Below, piece after piece: positions 56,007 to 64,000 of a stretch of 64,000 bases of DNA. This stretch comes from Gemmatimonadota bacterium (GTDB taxonomy: Bacteria; Gemmatimonadota; Gemmatimonadetes; Gemmatimonadales; GWC2-71-9). Under the pieces are notes generated by a model that made no database searches, was not told the DNA's origin, and worked only from the letters and a program-made list of their open reading frames with translations. The DNA lies in NCBI GenBank assembly GCA_037440225.1, contig JBBIUN010000005.1, forward strand, positions 103,450 to 167,449, read 5' to 3'. The translations under genes were made by a program, and so were the position numbers. Position 1 is the first letter of the stretch. Each line of letters begins with the position of its first letter.

Positions 56007-56573
56007 GTGGCAGCATCTGGGCGTCGGGACTCGCGCGGGCTTATTCTCGATGCTGCTTGGGAGGAACTCGGCCGATATGGCCCGGACGGCGGCAGGGTGG
56101 AGCGGGTTGCTAGGCGTGCCGGGGTAAACAAGCAGCTCATCTTTTACTACTTCGGCTCCAAGGCCGGACTGTTCCGGGCAGTGGCTCAAGCGGCCTGGCG
56201 CCGAGTGGAGTCCGCGGCGGAAACGCAGCCGGGCGATTCGCCGCTGGACGCTCTACGCCTGCTTGCCGAGCGCCTAGCTCGGACGGTGGTCCAGAACCGG
56301 GCGGTTGTCCGCATGACCCTTGCGGCCAGTCCCGATCCTCACGATCAGATTTATGCCGTCACCCAAGCGGTGCTCGACCGGCTCGACCGCAGGGTACGCG
56401 AGCTGATTTCGGAGGGGCAGGGACTTGGGTATGTCCGGGACGACGTGGAGCCGGCGGTGGCGGCGCGGTTGCTGCTGGCCACGGCGGTCGGGTGGGTGGC
56501 GCTTGCCTCGGACGTCGCTCCCGATGAGGCCCAAGGAGCGGCTGGCCTGCTGCTTCGTGCGCTGACCTGGTAA
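56007..56573 (+). CDS. TetR/AcrR family regulator
   Basis: ILDAA...VERVARRAGVNKQLIFYYFGSKAGLF. Confidence 0.9.
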   Translation: MAASGRRDSRGLILDAAWEELGRYGPDGGRVERVARRAGVNKQLIFYYFGSKAGLFRAVAQAAWRRVESAAETQPGDSPLDALRLLAERLARTVVQNRAVVRMTLAASPDPHDQIYAVTQAVLDRLDRRVRELISEGQGLGYVRDDVEPAVAARLLLATAVGWVALASDVAPDEAQGAAGLLLRALTW

Positions 56574-56580
56574 GAGCGGG

Positions 56581-59052
56581 TCAGTGGCCCAGGAGTGCGG
56601 GTTCCCGTGCCGGTTCCCGAACCGCGTCGGTGGGTCGTTCGGGTTCGCGGCCAAGTGCAACCGCCAAGACGTCGCTCAGCGAGTCAACCGGGTGGACCGT
56701 GAGCTTGGCCCGTTCCGCCTCGCTTAGGTCTTCCAAGTCTGCCAAGTTCTCGCGGGGGAGCACCACGGTCGTGATGCCAGCCCGCACCGCCCCCAAGACC
56801 TTCTCCTTGACCCCACCGATGGGGAGTACCCGGCCCGACAGGGTAATTTCTCCGGTCATCGCGAGATCGTGCCGCACCGGAACGCCAGCCAGCGCGCTCA
56901 CCAGTGCGGTGGCCATGGTGACCCCCGCTGAGGGGCCCTCTTTGGGGGTAGCACCCGCCGGAACGTGGATGTGGATGTCTTTGTCGGTCAGCGCTCCGGC
57001 CGGGATGCCCAACTCCGCCGCGTGCGACCGTGCGTAGGTGAGCGCGGCCCGCGCGGATTCCTTCATCACGTCGCCCAATTGGCCAGTCAAGACCAGCTCG
57101 CCCTTGCCGGGCATGACGGAGACCTCGACGAACATGATGTCGCCGCCGACCGGCGTGTAGTACATGCCTGTGGCGATGCCTACCTGATCCTCGCGGGCCG
57201 CGCGTTCCGGGTGGACCATGGGGCGCCCGATGATCCGACTGATGTCTGCGGCTTCCAGGTGTTCGGCCTCGACTTCGTGGGCTGCAATGCGGCGCGCCAC
57301 CTTGCGCGCCACCTTCCCCAACTCGCGCTCGAGCTGGCGCACGCCCGCCTCCCTGGTGTACCCCGAGATCAGGGTCATGACGGCGTCGTCGCTGATGCTG
57401 AGCTGCTCGGCAGTAAGCCCCGCCTCCTTGAGTTGCCGAGGAATCAGGTAGCGGCGCGCGATGGCCAGCTTCTCGTGCTCGGTATAGCCGGAGAACTCCA
57501 CCAGCTCCATGCGATCCAAGAGCGGCCCAGGGATGCCCTGCAGAAAGTTGGCGGTCGCGATGAACAGCACCTCCGACAGGTCGAACGGAATCCCCAGGTA
57601 ATGATCCGTGAAGCTGTCGTTTTGCGCCGGGTCGAGCACCTCGAGTAACGCCGCGGCGGGGTCGCCTTGGAACGAAACCCCCAGCTTGTCAACCTCGTCG
57701 AGCAAGAAGACCGGATTCTTGGTGCCCGCCCGTTTCATGCCCTCGATGATCCGCCCGGGCATGGCACCTACGTACGTTCGCCGGTGGCCCCGGATGTCAG
57801 CCTCATCCCGGGCTCCCCCCAGCGAGATCCGCACGTACCGGCGACCCATGGCTCGGGCGATGGACTTGGCGATGGAGGTCTTGCCTACCCCCGGCGGTCC
57901 GACGAACAGGAGGATCGAACCCTTCGCGCGCCGGTCGTCTTCGTTGCCCGGCTGCCCGTTGTCTGCGACCTCCCCGCGAGCCTGCACCAGTTGCCGAACC
58001 GCCAAGAACTCCAGCACCCGGTCCTTGACCTTCTGGAGCCCGAAGTGATCCTCATCCAGCACCCGCGCTGCCTCCGCGACATCCAGATGATCCTCGCTGC
58101 GCGCGTTCCAAGGCAGCTCCGCTACGGTTTCGAGGTAGGTGCGAATGACCTGGGCCTCCATGGATTCCCGGGACGTTCGCTCCAGTCGCTTGAGTTCGCG
58201 ATTGACCTCCTTACGCGCTTCCTCGGGCAATTCCAACTTTTCCAGGCGCGCCCGCAGGTCCTCGATATCCGCCGACTCGTCTTCGTCACCCAATTCCTTG
58301 CGGATAGCCTTGAGCTGCTCGCGGAGAAACAGTTCGCGCTGCCGCTCCCCGATCTCTTCCTGGACTTTCTCCTTGATTTCCTCCTGCGCGTTCAACATGG
58401 CAAGCTGGCGCTGGACGTGCACCAGCACCCGGCGCATGCGTTCCTCGATACCCAGCGTCTCCAGCAAGCTCTGGCGATCGGCGGGGGTGATGTCAATGTA
58501 GCCGGCCACCAAGTCCGCGAATCGCCCCGGCTCCGTCACCCCTTCCAGGACTTGCTGCACCACCTCTTCGGGCAATCCGGATTTCTGCCCCAGCTCGGCG
58601 GCCCGCTCCCGAAGCTCCTTGTAGAGGGCCAAGAAGGCGGGGTTGGTGGGGTCGGCGGGCGGCAGGTCCGGGGCTTCTACCACCACGGCCTCGATGTAGC
58701 CGTCGGTCACCCCGTACTGCAGCACCGTGCCCCGATGCTCACCGTGCAACAATAGCTGCACCCCACCCAACCCCCGCTGGATCTGTCCGATCCGCGAAAC
58801 GGTGCCGGTGGTATAAAGACCTTCCGGGGAAACCTGCTCCGTGTTTTGTCGCTGGGAAACCGCGAAAATGAGGCGGTCTTCCCGCCGCAGAGCCGCCTCT
58901 ATGGCCCGCAAGGTGCCCGGGCGACCGGCGCCGACCGGGACGGTAACCCCCGGAAACAACACAACCTCGCGAAGCGGGAGCACCGGGAGCCGAAGCCGGT
59001 GGGTCCCTCCGGTGACTCTTGCTTGCTCGGGGCCTGCTTCTGCTTCGCTCAT
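56581..59052 (-). CDS. lon: ATP-dependent Lon protease
   Basis: LPVLPLR, GPPGVGKTS, LLDEVDK, PKEGPSAG, IGGVKEK. Confidence 0.97.
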   Translation of the reverse strand: MSEAEAGPEQARVTGGTHRLRLPVLPLREVVLFPGVTVPVGAGRPGTLRAIEAALRREDRLIFAVSQRQNTEQVSPEGLYTTGTVSRIGQIQRGLGGVQLLLHGEHRGTVLQYGVTDGYIEAVVVEAPDLPPADPTNPAFLALYKELRERAAELGQKSGLPEEVVQQVLEGVTEPGRFADLVAGYIDITPADRQSLLETLGIEERMRRVLVHVQRQLAMLNAQEEIKEKVQEEIGERQRELFLREQLKAIRKELGDEDESADIEDLRARLEKLELPEEARKEVNRELKRLERTSRESMEAQVIRTYLETVAELPWNARSEDHLDVAEAARVLDEDHFGLQKVKDRVLEFLAVRQLVQARGEVADNGQPGNEDDRRAKGSILLFVGPPGVGKTSIAKSIARAMGRRYVRISLGGARDEADIRGHRRTYVGAMPGRIIEGMKRAGTKNPVFLLDEVDKLGVSFQGDPAAALLEVLDPAQNDSFTDHYLGIPFDLSEVLFIATANFLQGIPGPLLDRMELVEFSGYTEHEKLAIARRYLIPRQLKEAGLTAEQLSISDDAVMTLISGYTREAGVRQLERELGKVARKVARRIAAHEVEAEHLEAADISRIIGRPMVHPERAAREDQVGIATGMYYTPVGGDIMFVEVSVMPGKGELVLTGQLGDVMKESARAALTYARSHAAELGIPAGALTDKDIHIHVPAGATPKEGPSAGVTMATALVSALAGVPVRHDLAMTGEITLSGRVLPIGGVKEKVLGAVRAGITTVVLPRENLADLEDLSEAERAKLTVHPVDSLSDVLAVALGREPERPTDAVREPAREPALLGH

Positions 59053-59096
59053 GCTGCGCTCCTCGGGGCTGTCGTACCCCTTCCAGCCGAGCTACC

Positions 59097-59112
59097 GCAC
59101 CATCCGTGCCAG
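59097..59112 (-). promoter_or_regulatory. Sigma54-type -24/-12 promoter upstream of lon
   Basis: CTGGCAC-GGATG-GTGC (GG-N10-GC), 44 nt upstream of the lon ATG. Confidence 0.6.
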
Positions 59113-59200
59113 GCCGGCGAGGGGCCTTTGACACGAATCGCCGCCAGATAGGCGGCGATCGGATCCCCGCGGAAGAAGAGTTTGGCCATTCTGGCAGCCG

Positions 59201-59452
59201 TCATCTGCTAGCGGCTCTCGGTGCCACATTCAAAAGGGCTTTCAGTTCAGAGTCGGTCAACTGCTCGAGCAGGCCTGCCCGGGTGGTCACCTCCCGGTCC
59301 GCCTCCGTGCGGTCAGTTTCGCAGGTGAACCGAAGGATGTCGGCTGGCTCGGGAAACGTTCCCTCCCGAGGCCGCGTAGGGACGATTCCGGAGGTGCGTC
59401 CCACGCGTTCCACCAGCCATCGCCGCCCTGCATCGTCAGTGAGCCACCGCAT
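59201..59452 (-). CDS. Small hypothetical protein
   Basis: GGAGG SD; MRWLTDDAGRRWLVERVGRTSG...LEQLTDSELKALL. Confidence 0.65.
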   Translation of the reverse strand: MRWLTDDAGRRWLVERVGRTSGIVPTRPREGTFPEPADILRFTCETDRTEADREVTTRAGLLEQLTDSELKALLNVAPRAASR

Positions 59453-59534
59453 GCTGCCTCCGCGCGATGCAGCCGGAAGGTTGCTACCACCTTTGCCACG
59501 CGTTAATCTACGCCCGGACCGGACCAGAAGCCAC

Positions 59535-61376
59535 ATGGACGAGCCGAGGTCGCCGCTGGCCGATCGCCTTGCGAAGGCCCTCGCGGAGAGCTACACGCTG
59601 GAAAGCGAGATCGGGCGCGGCGGCATGGGGGTCGTCTATGCCGCCCGCGACGTCAAGCTGAAGCGACGGGTAGCCATCAAGGTGCTCCCGCCGGAGCTAG
59701 CCTTCCGCGAGGAAATCCGGACCCGGTTCCTGCGGGAGGCCGAAACGGCAGCCCGACTCTCCCATCCCAACATCGTGCCGATCCACGGCGTCGGCGAAGT
59801 GGACGAGTTGGTCTATTTCGTCATGGCCTACGTGGACGGGGAATCCTTGGCCGCGCGACTGCGGCGGCGGGAGCGTTTGCCGCCCGACGAGGTGCGGCGG
59901 ATCGTCAAGGAGACCGCCGACGCTCTAGGGCTGGCCCACGCGATGAATGTCATCCACCGCGACATCAAGCCGGACAACATCCTGCTGGAAGGGACGCGGC
60001 GCCGAGTGGTGGTGACCGATTTCGGCATTGCCAAGGCCCTCAGCGAGGCCGGCGCGGGCACGCTGACCGGCACGGGGGTGGTGATCGGTACGCCCACGTA
60101 CATGAGTCCCGAGCAGGCAGCCGGCGAGCGGGACATTGACGCCCGAAGCGACATCTACTCGCTGGGGCTGGTGGGGTTCGAGATGTTGGTGGGGGACCCC
60201 CCGTTCCAGGCTGCCACGGTCCCGGGGATTCTCATGAAGCAGATCACCGAGCCGGCACCCGATCTCTTGGCTCTTCGCCCTGACTGTCCTGAAGATCTGG
60301 CGGCCACCCTGATGCGCTGCTTGGAGAAGAATCCCGAGGACCGCTGGCCCACGGCCGACGCGTTGCGCCGGGCCTTGGAGACCCGGTCTTCGGTTCCCTA
60401 CCGCCGCGCAGGTGCCGCGCAGGCATATCGGCGGGTTGGTGGCGCGGCTGCTCCGGCGGCCGCGGACCGCCCCCGGCCCGGTGAGCCCGCACGCTCAAGG
60501 CAATCGGACCCGGGGAGGGTTGCCCAGGGGCCTGGGGAGCAGCACGGCGTCGGGGTGGCGGAGCCAGTTCTCTTGCGGCGATTCCGGTCGCAGTTTGCCA
60601 GCTACGTGTCGGTCAACGGCGGGCTTCTCTTGCTCAACATCGTAACCGGCATCGCCGACCCTTGGTTCCTGTTCGTGGCCATCCCCTGGGGCATCGGCAT
60701 TGCCGCGCGGTACGGCCAGTTGTGGTCCGCGGGGTATAGTTGGCGGGATGTGCTTCGTCGTCCCCCCGCGCGGGACGCGGTTCCCCTTCCAGCCCCCGCC
60801 CCAGGGGACCGGGAGCGTGCCCGGCCTTCTGAGAGCAAAACCGAGGAGTTTGGGCGCTTGGCCACCCAGATCCGCCAGATGCAGCGAGACCGGGCGGCCA
60901 TCGGCAAGATCGTCGAGCGCCTAGCGCCCGCCGAGCGCAAGTTGCTGCCGGAGGTGCAGCCCACGGTGGACGCGTTGCTCCAGCGGGCCGAGGAGCTGGC
61001 GCGGACCCTGGCCCAAATGGAGGGGTCGGTGGACCAGGCCGGCCTGAGTCGGCTGGACCACCGGATCCAAGCACTCGAAGCTGAGCCTTCGAGTCCGGAG
61101 CGAGAGCGTCGGCTGGATCTGTTGCGGCGACAGCGGGCTATGCTGGCGGAATTGATGCAGCGGCGCCAACAGGTCGAGGCCCAGTTCGAATCCTGCGTGT
61201 TGGCTATCCAGAACGTCCGCTTCGATCTGCTGCGTCTGCGTTCCGCGGGGGTGGGAGCGGCCTTGAGCGACCTCACCAGCGCCACCCAGCAGGCCCGAGC
61301 CTTGTCGGCGGACGTGGAAGCGGCGATCGGCGCCGCGGGGGAAATTCGCCAGGCGCTCGGAAAAGGGCTGGGCTAG
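59535..61376 (+). CDS. Hanks-type Ser/Thr kinase with 2TM segment and C-terminal coiled coil
   Basis: GRGGMG, VAIK, HRDIKPDN, DFG, GTPTYMSPEQ; two TM helices; helical tail. Confidence 0.93.
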   Translation: MDEPRSPLADRLAKALAESYTLESEIGRGGMGVVYAARDVKLKRRVAIKVLPPELAFREEIRTRFLREAETAARLSHPNIVPIHGVGEVDELVYFVMAYVDGESLAARLRRRERLPPDEVRRIVKETADALGLAHAMNVIHRDIKPDNILLEGTRRRVVVTDFGIAKALSEAGAGTLTGTGVVIGTPTYMSPEQAAGERDIDARSDIYSLGLVGFEMLVGDPPFQAATVPGILMKQITEPAPDLLALRPDCPEDLAATLMRCLEKNPEDRWPTADALRRALETRSSVPYRRAGAAQAYRRVGGAAAPAAADRPRPGEPARSRQSDPGRVAQGPGEQHGVGVAEPVLLRRFRSQFASYVSVNGGLLLLNIVTGIADPWFLFVAIPWGIGIAARYGQLWSAGYSWRDVLRRPPARDAVPLPAPAPGDRERARPSESKTEEFGRLATQIRQMQRDRAAIGKIVERLAPAERKLLPEVQPTVDALLQRAEELARTLAQMEGSVDQAGLSRLDHRIQALEAEPSSPERERRLDLLRRQRAMLAELMQRRQQVEAQFESCVLAIQNVRFDLLRLRSAGVGAALSDLTSATQQARALSADVEAAIGAAGEIRQALGKGLG

Positions 61377-61418
61377 CTGCCTCGCGACCGGCGCCCTGCA
61401 GCTCGACCGGCGGGGTGC

Positions 61419-63554
<2,136 letters not shown>

Positions 63555-63569
63555 GGCTAGAAAGGTAGC

Positions 63570-63824
63570 CTAGCGCTTGAGCTTCGTCAGCGTCTGGATG
63601 GCGGCCAGCTTGTCGCCGGCGCTCCGGATCGCCCCAGGCAACCCTGGGCCCTGCAGCGCGTCCCGGATATCGAGCAGCACCTCGAGCAGCAACTGCTCGC
63701 GCTGATACGCTGCGTCGAGATCGAGCATTCTGGCCCGATCATCGGTCGCTTTGGCACGATTGTACGCCTCGCGATAGACGGTTTCCAAGTTCGCCAGAAT
63801 CTGGTTCCGGGGCCGCGGGCTCAT
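63570..63824 (-). CDS. Small hypothetical protein
   Basis: GGAGG SD; helical 84-aa ORF (YQREQLLLEVLLDIRD). Confidence 0.7.
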   Translation of the reverse strand: MSPRPRNQILANLETVYREAYNRAKATDDRARMLDLDAAYQREQLLLEVLLDIRDALQGPGLPGAIRSAGDKLAAIQTLTKLKR

Positions 63825-63928
63825 AGCCCCTCCCGAACGCTAGGGGGTCAACCGGATCGCGGGGTCGAGACCCGCGCTCGCATAATTTTCAAGAATCGGC
63901 GTCTTCTGGCAACGGCACCCGACGCGTC

Positions 63929-64000
63929 TCACGCCGCCTCGTAACGGAGAAACACCAGGCCACTCGGTACCTTGGGCGTAAAGTAGGTGGCCTTGGGCGG
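63929..64000 (-). CDS. 3' end of a DUF1015-like protein
   Basis: PPKATYFTPKVPSGLVFLRYEAA* resembles the MPPKSTYFYPK...GL C-terminal motif. Confidence 0.65.
   Translation of the reverse strand, partial: PPKATYFTPKVPSGLVFLRYEAA

Overview
This is a high-GC (roughly 70% by eye), gene-dense bacterial chromosomal window. Gene content and style suggest a Gemmatimonadota-like organism (inference). It holds about 55 CDS and no rRNA, tRNA, CRISPR array, integrase or transposase that I could recognise. Housekeeping genes include ispH, pfkA, lon, a fused 2-oxoacid dehydrogenase E1, mgtE, PiT/DUF47, an aconitase-family fusion and OmpA. The notable parts are: (1) A DNA-damage/mutagenesis locus at 21.1-28.3 kb: a leaderless Zn-ribbon micro-protein, an SPL/Rv2578c-like radical SAM, a DUF72 protein, a split ImuB with no ImuA, and DnaE2. 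Its two forward promoters share an identical 21-bp element, CTTCGGGATATATTCGGGTAT, a candidate SOS-type operator. (2) A diverged 73-bp dnaE2 fragment at 29.1 kb, followed by decayed secreted-protein/lipoprotein cassettes. (3) A nuclease-less pair of N6-adenine methyltransferase and SNF2 helicase. (4) A DtxR/MntR operon with a TTAGG-N4-CCTAA operator, encoding a Tat-exported two-domain multicopper oxidase, a ZIP transporter and an outer-membrane barrel. (5) A CxxU Rdx/SelW selenoprotein gene, missed by the ORF track, that overlaps the pfkA start. All calls come from reading motifs by eye; no database search was run.
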